Source: Leucoraja erinacea
Taxonomy: Eukaryota
Direction: 5' to 3'
DNA length: 64,000 nt
Assembly: GCF_028641065.1 (NCBI RefSeq)
Contig: NC_073384.1
Location: 46,004,001 to 46,068,000 of the forward strand
The notes beneath the pieces were generated by a model. It searched no databases. It was not told the DNA's origin and was given only the letters and a program-made list of their open reading frames with translations. Shown piece after piece: positions 50,868-62,688 of the stretch; positions within the stretch are counted from its first letter, which is position 1, and every line of letters begins with the position of its first letter. The translations under genes and the position numbers were made by a program.

Positions 50868-51330
50868 TAATCCCTGCCTCAATTACTTCCTCCGGCAGCT
50901 CGTTCCATACAGGTGGGTACCTTATGCAAAAAAGTTACCATTCAGATTCCTATTAAATTTTTCCCCCTTCACCTTAAACAAATGTCTTCTGTTTCTTGAT
51001 TCCCCTTCTCTGGGCAAGAGACTCTGTGCTTTTACCAGATCTATTCCTCTCTTGAGTCTGAAAACAATGACCACCAGTTTCAGGAATACCTTCTTCCCCA
51101 CCACCATCGGGCTCTAGAAGACTACATAACACTAACTATAACTATGAACCATGGACTGTTTTTCGTTGGACTAACTTCAGGCTTTTTTGCGCTAGTATTG
51201 GAGTTATTAACATTGCTTTTCATGTTTATTATATATTATCTATACATTGCATTTAAAGGCCTTTTATGCTGCAGCAAGTAAAAATGTCATTGTTCCGTAT
51301 GGAATTAAACACTTAAACACTGTTGACTCT
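50868..51330. mobile_element. CR1 fragment (minus, ~50870-51050) and Rex-type 3' tail (plus, ~51055-51330)
   Basis: HLFKVKGEKFNRNLNGNFF on the minus strand; LKTMTTSFRNTFFPTTI on the plus strand. Confidence 0.7.
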
Positions 51331-51339
51331 GAAACTAGC

Positions 51340-53580
51340 CCATTAGGCACAATTTTGCAATTCAAAAATGATGGTCAAAATATGATTGTGGTAGTTAATG
51401 TTTTCCTGTGGACAAAGAGCAGAAGAAAATGTTGTATATTGAATATCCAAAGTCAATGATGTTTTTGTGAAAATTCACATATCAAACGTTTGTAAATCAA
51501 GGAATACCTGAGATCACACTGCAACAGTAAAACTGTCAACCTCTGTATCCTGGAAGCTGTGATTGCTGGAATTGCTACTTTAGGATTGTTAATAACCATT
51601 AGTGATTTGTAATGAGGACAAAGGGTCATTCCAGCAAGAACAGACGAAACGCATTCACACTGCAGATACTGTAATTGCTACCACTCCCTTCTGAAATGTG
51701 AACTTAGTTTCATTTGCTTTTGTCAAGAATATGTGAAGCAAATGTATGGGCTGTTCCTGCCCATCATCCATTACATAGTTGGTGACAGCACCTCCGCCCT
51801 CACTTGAAGCAGCACAAGCAAGCTGGAGGGTTCTCATTGTAGTGTAGTGAGCCAGAAAATATTTGCTGCTCATAATGTGCTTACATTGATCAAATGCTTT
51901 CTATTGCACGTCAGTCCAATTCCATTTCTCATTCTTAATAATTTGGTACAATGATGTAAGCATTATTGTTAGATCGAGCAACCATGTGGAATGATATTTA
52001 ATTACTCAGAGAGAGGTGCAAAGTTCTGCAATGTTGCCTGGCCGCCTGGCTTTCACAATGACATTAACCTTGACTTTAACTGGTCTCACTCCACGAGCAC
52101 CTACCTTCAGACTGAGCTACACACCTTTGGCTGGACTTTGATCATTTCTATTTTATATCACAATGCTGAATTTGCTCAACGCTTCCTCCAAAATATGTAA
52201 TTATCCTCTGCACTAAGTGTTACCATAAAGAGATTGTTCTAGTTGTAGCTTTGGCCTTCAACATATTTACAATGGTTCAATGGTTCCTTATTGTCATGTA
52301 CGCACTGCACAGTGATACTCTTACACCCATCACCATATTTTAGCACCATTTACAAAAGAAAAAGTCCAAAGTGTAAAATCCGGTCCACATGCTGGATGTA
52401 CTGGAGTGCCCCCGATCCAGGTAAGCCCAGGTGAGACCCAGGCTGTTACAGAACCTTCTTGTCAACCCCAATTGGTTCGGCCCATAAACCGACACCCCTC
52501 TCCTTGCTCGACCGTCTCTGTGTCCCGGGGGCACCTCTTACAGCTGACCTTGCAGATGCTGGAGGCAATACCTCGCTCCTCTTCTCTACCGCTCCACTCC
52601 TCTTGTCCGTCATCGCAAGCGGCTCCCTCCTACTCGACTTTCCAGTCTTCAGGACTGAGCTCGGCAGCTTCCGAGCTTCCCCTGCAGGTGGCAGCCTGCC
52701 GGGTCCTTCTTCGTGGCGGCAAACCAGGCCTGCCACCGCACTTGGCCCCGGATGGACTGAAAGGTCTGGCGAGAATTTGACTCTGTAGTTAATGGAGGAG
52801 TATAGCTCTTCATATGAATTGGTAGTGAGGTACTTCTGGCTGGCCTTATCCATTATTGGCACTGTGTAATCAATTTTAATTAAACCATTTGGGTTCTGAT
52901 AGTGGCATATATGGGTCCCAGGAAGATGGTAAAGTATATTGCTTTTTGTCTCCATTGACATTCCAATTTATGTTAGCTTGTAGTCGCTGCATAACTTTAC
53001 TGCTTTAAGTCCCTTAGATCCCACAGTTAACAGAATTCCCAATTGCTATGAAGTATTTTGATCAAAGGTCCATTTCATTTCAACGTCATGTTCGATTCCA
53101 CTTGGTTCTTTGGGAAATAAAGAACTGACCTTACTTTGCAGTACACTGGCTTGATGCCAGATTTGATCCATGCACCTGCCTTATATTCGACAATTTCTGT
53201 GTTGGCATCTTGCGAGATGACATCAGATTTGGAGAATGGTGCCTCCAATTGACAGCGGTTTATTTGTATGGTTGCTGAATATGACCTTCCAAATGAGTTT
53301 CCAATTTGCAGCCCAATCCCTACCAAACAGGGTTGAATCTTTGGTTTGGTTCACTCTGACTATTTGTTTACAATTTTTCTGCAATAGTGTTAAGAATGAG
53401 AGTGCTCAAGATTAAGGTAGGTATTTGGAATAGTCCCATAATGAAACAAACTTCAGTGGTGTCAACCTGTATTCTTAATGATGTGTTGTCAGGGGTGTAA
53501 GATGAAAGCCCTGATTCTTACGCTGCAATCATACCATGCAAATTCCCCATTTTTTAACTACTCTGTTCTCACTGTGCCAA
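51340..53580 (-). mobile_element. Highly decayed Gypsy LTR-retrotransposon pol (RT/RNase H), interrupted by another repeat at ~52265-52800
   Basis: LQLACAASSEGGGAV..DGQEQPI resembles RNase H LxLACDASxYGxGAV..GxERPI. YHLP..KIDY..SQKYLTTN resembles RT. KPVYCKVRSVLY resembles PVFxKARPVPY. Confidence 0.65.
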
Positions 53581-53607
53581 TGTTACATTAGAAACTGCTC
53601 TCTTGAT

Positions 53608-54900
53608 GGGCCTGTCCCACTTGGGTGATTTTGGGACCTTCATGAGGAAGCCACTGGAACCAGGCCTGCGCCTAGCCATCACCCTCCGCTACCTGGCATC
53701 AGGAGACTCCTACAAGAGCCTCTCCTACAACTTTCTTGTGACCCACAACACCATCAGCAAGGTTGTCCAAGAGACCTGTGAGTCCATCATCAATGCTTAT
53801 GAAGATGAAGTCATGGACTGCCCTAGTACACCAGATGAGTGGAAGAGAGTGGAGCAGGGCTTTGATACAAGAAGGAACTTCCAGCACACATGTGGGGCAG
53901 TGGGCGGAAAGCATGTGGCCATCAGGTGTGCACCCCAGGGAGGTTCTATGTACTTCAACTGCAATAAGTTCCATTCCATCGTATTCCTCTGGTGGGTGCA
54001 AACTACAACTTCCTGTTTGTGGATGTGGGCACACCTGGCAGTGTCGCAGATGGTGGGATCTGGAAAGAGACCTCCCTTGGGCAAGCACTGGAAGAAGGAA
54101 GAGCAGGCTTTCCTGATCCAGAACCTCTGCCAGGAAATGACAACCCTGACATCCCCTACACACTGGTTGCTGATGATGCCTTCCCACACAGGTCATGGGT
54201 AATGAAGCCATACCCTCACAGGCAGATGTCAAGGGAGCAGAGGATCTTCAACTACAGGCTGTCATGGGCTAGGAGGGTCGTGGAAAACGCCTTTGGCATC
54301 CTCGCCAGCAGATTCAGATGTTTGCTGAATACGATGGAGCAGGAGCCCAAGAATGTGGAGACCATTGTCTACGCAGCATGTGTCCTCCACAACCTGATCC
54401 GTACCAGAAGTGCAGCAGCAGCAGCCATGGAGGAGGGTGACCAAGTGGACAACCAGACAGGCAACATGGAGAACTGGAGGACAGGCTGCACCTATAGTGC
54501 CACTGGAGAGATTGCCAGGAAACACTGGCAAAAAGAGAGTAAAGGAGCAGAGAGACCATATCTGCACTTACTACAACTCCGAACCAGGCAGTGTACCATG
54601 GCAGAAGGACATGACCTGAAGACCAGCAGCAAACATCCCACACCACAAACAGAAGTCCACCACTCCAGGAAGAGAGCCCACTACAGATCACAAGATAAGT
54701 CCCTTTTCAGGGTCACCCACATCCTCCCAAAAGAGTTTAATTTTTAATGCAGTGCATTGCTTGGTGTTTGTATTTGTTTTATTCATCACAATATATAAAA
54801 ATAATTTACTTTTCAATGCAGTGCACTACGTGGAACTGTGTACTTTCTCTCGAACATGAGGCGCCCATCTAGCGACTGCGTAGTCTCCTGTAGTCGCCTA
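53608..54900 (+). mobile_element. PIF/Harbinger transposon with frameshifted transposase pseudogene
   Basis: TIR GGGCCTGTCCCACTT at 53608. RLAITLRYLASGDSY..GAVGGKH (first catalytic D lost), frameshift near 53990, then FLFVDVG..VADDAFP..MKPYP..FNYRLSWARRVVENAFGILASRFRCL..CVLHNL. Confidence 0.9.
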
Positions 54901-54904
54901 AAAA

Positions 54905-55141
54905 GGGCCTGTCCCACTTAGGCGATTTTTTGGGCGACTACAGGCAACTGCTGCAACATTTTCGACATGTTGAACATTTTTCGGCAACAGTGGTGACAAT
55001 TTTTGTTGTCATAAGTTGACGTAGGTGTTGTGGTAGGTTGTTGAAGGTGCTGCCGTAGGTTGTCGCCAGGTGTCGTAGGTGAATTCCATTAAAACTAGTC
55101 CCTGGCCGTCGCCTAACGAGTCGCCTAAGTTGGACAGGCCC
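54905..55141. mobile_element. Harbinger MITE
   Basis: TIRs GGGCCTGTCCCACTTAGGCGA ... TCGCCTAAGTTGGACAGGCCC. Confidence 0.8.
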
Positions 55142-55177
55142 ATTTTCCTGTTCCTTGTGTTTCAATCTACACGTTTA

Positions 55178-56006
55178 CTCTGGAGAAATGAAAAAGGTGA
55201 CTTTTCGGGTCAAGACCCTTTTTCAGACTGAAGAAGGGTCCCGACCCAAAACATCACCCATTCCTCTCCTCCATAGATGCTGCCTGACCCACTGAGTTAC
55301 TCTAGCATTTTGTATCTATCCTCAGTGCATTATGCCCCTGTCCCACTTAGGTGATTTTTTCAGCAACTACAGGTGACTGGGCTGTTTTCACATGGTTGCG
55401 GGGTGATGCCTGTCTGGTCGTGAGTAGTCTCCTTAAGTCGCCTAAACAGTCGTTACGTTTTTCTGGTCTCGGCTGGATTTTGAAATGTTCAAAGCTTTTC
55501 GCCGACTGTGGGCTTGATGTAGCTTGTGTTCTCCTGTCACAGGTGCTGTTGTAGGCTGTCGCCAGGATGACGCAGGTTGTGGCCAGGCGCTGACTTCGGT
55601 GAATCCTATTGGCGATTTCCTACATCAACCTATGTCAACCAGCGACTGAATTGTCTTCAGTTGTCTTCAGTTATCGCCGACAGGATCGTTGTTTGTCGTA
55701 GCTTGTCGTGCATGGACGTAGGTTGACTTCGGTTGTTGTAGGTTGTTGCCTGTGTGGTCGTAGGTTGTTGTAGGTGTGGTCGTAGGTGGATGTCCTAAGT
55801 CGCGACAATTGGGTCACCGGTTGTCGGTAACTTGCCGTAGCTTGACGTCGACTAGGTGGTAGGTTGTCGTAGACATTGTCATAGGGGGGGTCCAGTCGCC
55901 GCTATTTCAGCAACCTGCTACGACTGTGACAGTCGCCGGCAGTCACCAAAAAAATCACCTAAATGGGACAGGCCCTTAAACCAGCATCTGCAGTTCCTTC
56001 CTACAC
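55178..56006. mobile_element. Head-to-head Penelope pLTR pair interrupted by a Harbinger MITE
   Basis: gacttttcgggtcaagaccctttttcag-a-ctgaagaagggtcccgacccaaaacatc centred at ~55227. The element resumes at ~55977 (aaaccagcatctgcagttccttcctacac). Confidence 0.75.
55334..55975. mobile_element. Harbinger MITE with internal (GTAGGTTGTC)-type minisatellite
   Basis: GCCCCTGTCCCACTTAGGTGATTTTTT ... AAAAAATCACCTAAATGGGACAGGCCC, flanked by TAT/TTA. Confidence 0.85.
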
Positions 56007-56349
56007 AGGTTTGCTATACATTCTGTCTTGAGGCATCCGTTGCATGGTCACTTCATAAGAATAATTGGAGGTAATTAATATCATATACTATTTCAACCCC
56101 TAAACTATTTCTCCAAACACGGTATTTTTAGCTTTCTGCGGAATCACAAAGTTAATGTTTGCACAATACACTCAGAGCTGACTTTTGTGAGTAAAATTAC
56201 ATTCTCTCATTCCCTCATTGACTGTGTGATATCATTACCATCTTCCTCATCAAGAATATATGTCCCACAAAATACATCTCCAAACTCTCCATATAGGATG
56301 CGAATGATTCACTTCATTATAAATCCAAGACTCCCCTGCAAAGCTTTTC

Positions 56350-58065
56350 AGCATAGAAACAGGCTCTTCAGCCCAATTCTAGTATGTCAAAAAAGTTGTC
56401 TAATTGAACTCGTCCCATTTTCCCGTACCTGGCTAGTAGCTCTCCCAACCTTTCCTATACATTGGCCTGTCCAAGTGTCTTTCAAATGTTGCAATTGTAC
56501 CCATCTCCACCACTTCCTCTGGCAGATCGTTCCATATACACACAACAGTCTATGTAAAAAGATTTCCCCTTTTGTTTTAGATTCCCGTACCCAGGGGAAA
56601 TGACGGCCTATTCATCTTATCTATGTCCTGTATGATTCTATCTACCTCAATGAGGTCATCCCTCAGCTTCCTATGCTCCAAGGAAAAAAAGTCCCCACTT
56701 CTCCAGACTCTACTTATACTCAATTCGTCTGACCCAGTAATATCTTCATTATTCATTTTGCAGTCTTTCCAGTTTAATAATATCCCTCCTATAGCTCGGT
56801 GCCAAAACTATACAGATGTATTCCAAATGTGGACTCACCAATGTCTTGTGCAGCTAAAACATTATGTTTGAACTCTATTTAATACCCTGACCAATGAAGA
56901 CTATGCTAAATTCCTTTGTCACCACTCTTTTTATCAGTGTCACCACATTCAAGGAGCTATATATCTGTATCCCTCAGTCACTCTGTTCCATAACACTTTC
57001 TAAGGACATCATTTACAGTGTAAGTTCTGATCTGGTTTGCCTTATCAACATGCAAAACCTACCATTTATTTAAATTAAACTCCATCTGCCATTCCTTGGC
57101 CTAGTGGTCCAGTTCATCAAGATCCCATTGTAATCTTAGACATTCTTCTTCAATGTCCACTATACCACCACTTTTAGTGCATCTGCAAACCTGCTAACCT
57201 GCCTTCTCATCAATGTCATTATTATAAATAACTAACAGCAGTGAAAACAGCACTGATTCCAATGGTACACGACTTGTTACAGGCCTCTGGTCTAATAAAC
57301 TGCCCTTTTGCCAGTCTTGCCCGAGAGTCTCACAGAGACATGGTGGCTCTGAACTCCCCCTATCTCACTTTTAAAAGTCTCCCACCTGCAAATATGCTTT
57401 ACCTACAAACAGCCTCCCCCATTCAACTTTTGAAAGTTCCTGTCTGATACCATCAAAATTGGCCTTTCCACATATTCACGATGCTAACATGCACCAGTCC
57501 TACATTTTTCCATAACTATTCTAAAAGTAAACGTATAATGGCAATCCCCCACTAACACTTCAGTCACTGACTGACCTGTTTATTCCCAAGAGGAGATTGA
57601 AGATTACCCCTTCTGTAATAAGGTCATTTATATATTGATTAAGAAAATTGTGTTAAATGTACTTAACAAATTCTACCTCATCCAAGCCCTTCACAGTCTG
57701 GCAGTCTCAATCAATGTTTGGAAAATTCCATTGCTCTTCTTGGTGCACATTTGATCCTCTAATTTCGACTGATTATCAAAGTGATCATCTCTTCTTATTT
57801 CTCAGTTCCACCCATATAACTTCACTGGAACATTCTTCATGAATAAACTCTTGAGGTACCTCCGTGATGTTTTCCCCAATCCAAAACACATCACGCTCTC
57901 TCTCCTCTCTTACCTCTACCTCTGTCTCTCCTGTAGCATGTATACCCTGGAAGCTGCCAGTCTTGTTCATTCTTCAACCATATGTCTGCAATTGTTATAA
58001 TATCCCAGCCCCATGTTCCTATCCATGCCCTGGCTCCATCTTCTTTACCTGTCAAACATGTTGAA
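56350..58065 (-). mobile_element. Old CR1 LINE (fragmented ORF2 including endonuclease region)
   Basis: WDIITIADIWL..DWQLPGYTCYRRDR..GKRG and SEVIWVELRNKK on the minus strand; 3' tail at ~56350-56520. Confidence 0.75.
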
Positions 58066-58079
58066 ATAAAATAATTGCA

Positions 58080-58350
58080 GGGTGGCACAGTGGTGCAGCC
58101 CTACAGGACCAGACCATGGATGCTGTCAGGATCTTATGGAGTTTGTACGATCTCAGTGTGACCATGTGAAGGTGCTCCAGTTTCCTCCCACACTCCAATG
58201 ATGTACAGGTTTGTCAGTTAATTGGCTTTGGTAAAATTGTAAATTGTCCCCGGTGTGTAGGATAGTGCTAATGTACGAGGTGATCGCTGTTAGGCTCAGA
58301 CTCAGTGGGCCAAAGGGCTGTATCCATGCTGTATCTCTAAAGTCTAAAGC
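58080..58350 (+). mobile_element. HE1/V-SINE-like SINE
   Basis: ggtggcacagtggtgcag start (tRNA-like A box), ggtgctccagtttcctcccacactcc V-domain, gggccaaagggctg..ctgtatctctaaa tail. Confidence 0.75.
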
Positions 58351-58545
58351 CAGCTGGGTGTAACAGCCGGTTGTATTGTATATCTTTATTGTCATTTTCC
58401 TGAGTACTCACATACCCAGAGGAAACAAAAAAACGTTGCTCAACTAGTGTCCATTCAGTGTGCAGTAAAAAATAAATAGAAATAAAAATACATATATCTT
58501 TATAATACATATACAATGGCCAAATTCTGCTCCTAGAACTTATAT

Positions 58546-58596
58546 ACTAAACTAAACTAACTAAACTAAACTAAGCTAAATTAAATTAAAATAAAG
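58546..58596. repeat. (CTAAA)n microsatellite
   Basis: actaaactaaactaactaaactaaactaagctaaattaaattaaa. Confidence 0.85.
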
Positions 58597-58929
58597 ACGT
58601 GTATGGACTCAGGCTGAGCACAAGAGGGAGCGCACGACCTTTAGTAACCCAGGTTATGCACCAGGACCAATAATCGGGGTATTGTACAGACAGCTCTCAG
58701 CACCGTGATGTGCCTAACCCCATCATTAGCACAGCAGGGAGGTCATAGGGTCAGGAGAGTGTACAACTGGCCCTTAAGAAAAGTGCATGCAGAGGACAGA
58801 CTCCAAGGCACTGTCAATGCTTTCACTGAAGTGTGCACTCAATATAAGAGCAGAGGATTCTCACTCAGTCCTTGTCGCAGGATGTAGACACAAGGAACTG
58901 CAGGTGGTTGTTTACCAAAAATAAAGACA

Positions 58930-59858
58930 TACTTCTATCAGGTCTCGTTGCAACCTCCGGCATTCCAGAGAAACGATCCTCATAAGTCTAACCTCTCCTT
59001 GTAACCAATATTCCCTGATCCAGTTATTAATCTGGTAAATCACCTTTGCACTCATGAAACCTTCACACCCTATATGTAATGGATTTGACCAAAACAGCAC
59101 TTCAAATGTGCCTAACCAATGTCTCATAAAGCTGTTTCATGACTTCCTGACTATTATACTCAATGCCCCGACCTATGAAAGCAAGCATACCATATGAGGA
59201 CATGACTTCAGAATTAAGGGACAGAAGTTTAGGGGTAACATGAGGGGGAACTTCTTTACTCAGAGAGTGGTAGCGGTGTGGAATGAGATTCCAGTGGAAG
59301 TGGTGGAGGCAGGTTCGTTGGTATCATTTAAAAATAAATTGGATAGGCATATGGATGAGAAGGGAATGGAGGGTTATGGTATGAGTGCAGGCAGGTGGGA
59401 CTAAGAGAAAAAAATTTGTTCGGCACGGACTTGTAGGGCCGAGATGGCCTGTTTCCGTGCTGTAATTGTTATATGGTTATATGGTTATATGGCTTTTTTA
59501 CTACTCTGTCTACTTGTATTGCCATTTTTGGGGAATTATTGACTTGGACCCAAGATCTCTCCGTACATCATTGCTGTTAAGCATCATATCATTAATTATA
59601 TATTTTCCCCATGCATTTGACCTCCCAAAGTGCAACACCTCGTACCTGCGCAGATCAAACTCCATCTGCCATTTCTGCTCATTTCTGTAATTGATCTATT
59701 TCCCGCTGTATGTTTTGACAGCCTTCCGCACAGTTCGCTGCCCTAGCAATCTTGGCGTCATCTGCAAATTTACTAACCAACCTGTCTATGTTTGCATCCA
59801 AATCATTTATATTTGTCACAAACAGCAGTCGTCCCAGCACAGATCCCTGTGGAACCGA
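58930..59858. mobile_element. Degenerate minus-strand CR1 with a younger plus-strand CR1 tail inserted (~59200-59490)
   Basis: gaacttctttactcagagagtggtagcggtgtggaatgag..gggccgagatggcctgtttccgtgctgt and (ATGGTTAT)n tail. Confidence 0.75.
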
Positions 59859-59859
59859 C

Positions 59860-60890
59860 TGAGATTCACCACTCTCTGTGTGAAAAATATTTTTCTCATC
59901 TCGGTCCTAAAAGATTTCCCCCTTATCCTTAAACTGTGACCCCTTGTTCTAGACTTCCCCAACATCGGGAACAATCTTCCGGCATCTAGCCTGTCCAACC
60001 CCTTAAGAATTTTGTAAGTTTTGATAAGATCCCCCCTCAATCTTCTAAATTCTAGCAAGTACAAGCCGAGTCTATCCAATCTTTCTTCATATGAAAATCC
60101 TGACATCCCAGGAATCAGTCTGGTGAACCTTCTCTGTACTCCCTCTGTGGCAAGAATGTCTTTCCTCAGATTAGGAGACCAAAACGGTGCTCAATACTCC
60201 AGGTGTGGTCTTACCAAGACCCTGTACAACTGCAGTAGAACCTCCCTGCTCGTATACTCAAATCCTTTTGCTATGAATGCTAACATACCATTCGCTTTCT
60301 TCACTGCTTGCTGCACCTGCATGCCTACTTTAAATGACTGGTGTACCATGACACCCAGGTCTCGTTGCATCTCCCCTTTTCCTAATCGGCCACCATTCAG
60401 ATAATAGTCTACTTCCTGTTTTCGCCACCAAGGTGGATAACCTCACATTTATCCACATTATACTGCATCTGGAATGCATTTGCCCACTCACCCAGCCTAT
60501 CCAAGTCACTTCGCAGCCTCCTAGCATCCTCCTCACAGCTAACACTGCCCCCCAGCTTTGTGTCATCTGCAAACTAGGAGATGTTGCATTCAATTCCCTC
60601 GTCCAAATCATTAATATATATTGTAAATAGCTGGGGTCCCAGCACTGAGCCTTGCAGTACCCCACTAGTCACTACCTGCCATTCTGAAAAGAACCCGTTT
60701 ACTCCTACTCTTTGCTTCCCGTCTGCCAGCCAGTTCTCTATCCACATCAATACTGAACCTCAAATACCATGTGCTTTAGTTTGTATACTAATCTCTTATG
60801 TGGGTCCTTGTAGAGAGCCTTCTGAAGGTCCAGATATAACACATCCACTAGTTCTCCCTTCTCCACTCTACTAGTTACATCCTCGAAAAC
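59860..60890 (-). mobile_element. CR1 LINE RT-region fragment
   Basis: [41 protein letters not shown] and YEERLDRLGLYLLEFRRLRGDLIKTYKILKGLDR. Confidence 0.9.
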
Positions 60891-61337
60891 ATCTAGCTTT
60901 CCCACTATCCAGGGACTTAAAAACTACACTTATCTGGCAAATGTAGCACTAAGGTTATTCATTTACAATGCACTTGTAAATTAAAACAATCTCAAGGGCC
61001 GAGTGAGTGAAAAGACTACAGTTGAACCATACACCAGATTCACCTTTTAAGATGTTAACTGATTATATGACTCATTGGATCCTTAAAGGTCCTTTTCAGA
61101 AGAGAGTACTATTGGTCTGTCAGCAGAGAGATTGTCAGTATCATATCCTGCTCTTCTGGATGCTAAAAATACATTTATTGCATACACAGTCAATGTTCTC
61201 TGAAAGGCAGATTGGGTCAAATGGCAATGTCACTCTTTCAGCCTATGTGCTTGATTGAAATCCATCACAATTAGTTTTCTTCAGAAAAAAACTGGATAAC
61301 AATGCAAATGAACAGTTTCAAAACAACAATTGTGACA

Positions 61338-62130
61338 GTTTAGTTTAGAGATACAATGGGGAAACAGGCCCTTCTGTCCACAGAGTCCGTGCCAACCAGC
61401 GATCGCCATACACTAATGCTATCCTACACACTAAGGACAATTTACAATTTTTACTGAGGCCAATTAACCTCCAAACCTGTAGGTCTTTGGTGTGGGGGCG
61501 GAAACCAGAGAAAACCCATGCTGTCACGGGGAAAACGTACAAACTCCGTACAGTTAGTACCCATGGTCCGGATCAAATCCGGGTGCCTGACGCTTTAAGG
61601 CAGCAACTCTACCACTGTGCCACCATGCTGCCCTATTTTGTACATTTCTTCAGAAATCAAGTGGCATCAGTGATGAAAAGTATTAATAATCCAGTGTGTG
61701 GCTTTAGTGACTATAGGCTCAGATAAATTGTTGCAGAGAGTTTATGCAAACTGACTCTATTTAGCAGGCTCTGGAAATAAAAGAGGCAACTGAGGCTCTT
61801 ACCACATCCTTCCCATTTCTGTCTCCCAACCATTCTTAGTTTAAAGGCACAGCATTTAAATAGACCCTTCAGCCCACGGAGTCCACACCGGCCCTCGATT
61901 ACCCATTCATACTAGTTCTATGGTATCCCACATTCTCATCCACTCCTTACACATTAGGGGCAACTTACAGAGGCCAAATAACCTACTAACCTGCAGGTGT
62001 TTTTGGATGTGGGAGGAAACCGGCGCACCGGCAGGATAACCACATGGTCACATGGAGAAACTCCACACTGACAGCACCTGAGAACCTGTGCCCCTGGTGC
62101 TGTGAGGCAGCAGCTCCACCAGCTCTCATA
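61338..62130 (-). mobile_element. Two HE1/V-SINE-like SINEs (61338-61635, ~61845-62130)
   Basis: Reverse V-domain (gtgggaggaaaccgg..; aaactccgtacag) and ggcagcaactctaccactgtgccacc. Confidence 0.75.
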
Positions 62131-62504
62131 GCCATTTCCATTGATACCAGTAGGGGTTAAAAGACCATAAGCTGGAGCATATATTGAATTATGACACATG
62201 AATATCTTATTTGCATCTCTATTATTACTTAGCCATGAAATGCTGTAAAAGAGAGCAAAGCTCTGATACTGAAGAAGGGCTGAATTGGCAAATGATGTGG
62301 TGCTGGTATTCTTGAGGTACGGATGTTCTTCATCTAAATGTTTATGACAGACGACCTCACCATAATGAATGGCCAGTAGTAAATTTGATTGGTGGATTTT
62401 AAAATGCATTATTATAAGAACTATACAGCTTGGCTTCAAAGAAGACAGTTAAGAATCATTTGGTTACATTATTGCTGACAGAGGAAGAGCAAGATGGATC
62501 AGGA

Positions 62505-62625
62505 TCTGAATGGTCGCAACCCAAAACATCACATCCATATTCTTCAGAGATACTGCCTGACCCATTGAGTTACTCCAGCTTTTCATGCCTATCTTTGGTA
62601 TAAACCAGCATCTGCAGCTCATTTC
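62505..62625 (+). mobile_element. Degenerate Penelope-derived pLTR
   Basis: ctgaatggtcgcaacccaaaacatc..agagatactgcctgacccattgagttactccagc..accagcatctgcag. Confidence 0.65.
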
Positions 62626-62657
62626 TATTAGAATAGATCAGAATCTGATGTTTTTAT

Positions 62658-62688
62658 TGCAGTACAAGCTTCCTGCTGTAGGTGGCAG
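62658..62688 (+). promoter_or_regulatory. CTCF-like site with upstream module
   Basis: TGCAGTACA-agctt-CCT-GCTGTAGGTGGCAG: upstream TGCAG module at canonical 5-bp spacing from an AGGTGGCAG core. Confidence 0.45.

Noticed and set aside
52340-52961. GC-rich overlapping ORFs (109-171 aa)
   Set aside because: They lie in a repeat inserted into decayed Gypsy pol; no splice structure or domain beyond the Gypsy remnant.
53603-54747. Domesticated HARBI1-like host gene
   Set aside because: Frameshifted, first catalytic Asp replaced (GAVGGKH), N-terminus truncated and directly flanked by a TIR.
55690-55880. CRISPR-like repeat arrays here and at 3580-3700
   Set aside because: Eukaryotic context; short degenerate units without unique spacers, inside Harbinger MITEs; no cas genes.
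58080-58150. tRNA gene
   Set aside because: tRNA-derived SINE head only; no cloverleaf, and it continues into the V-SINE body.
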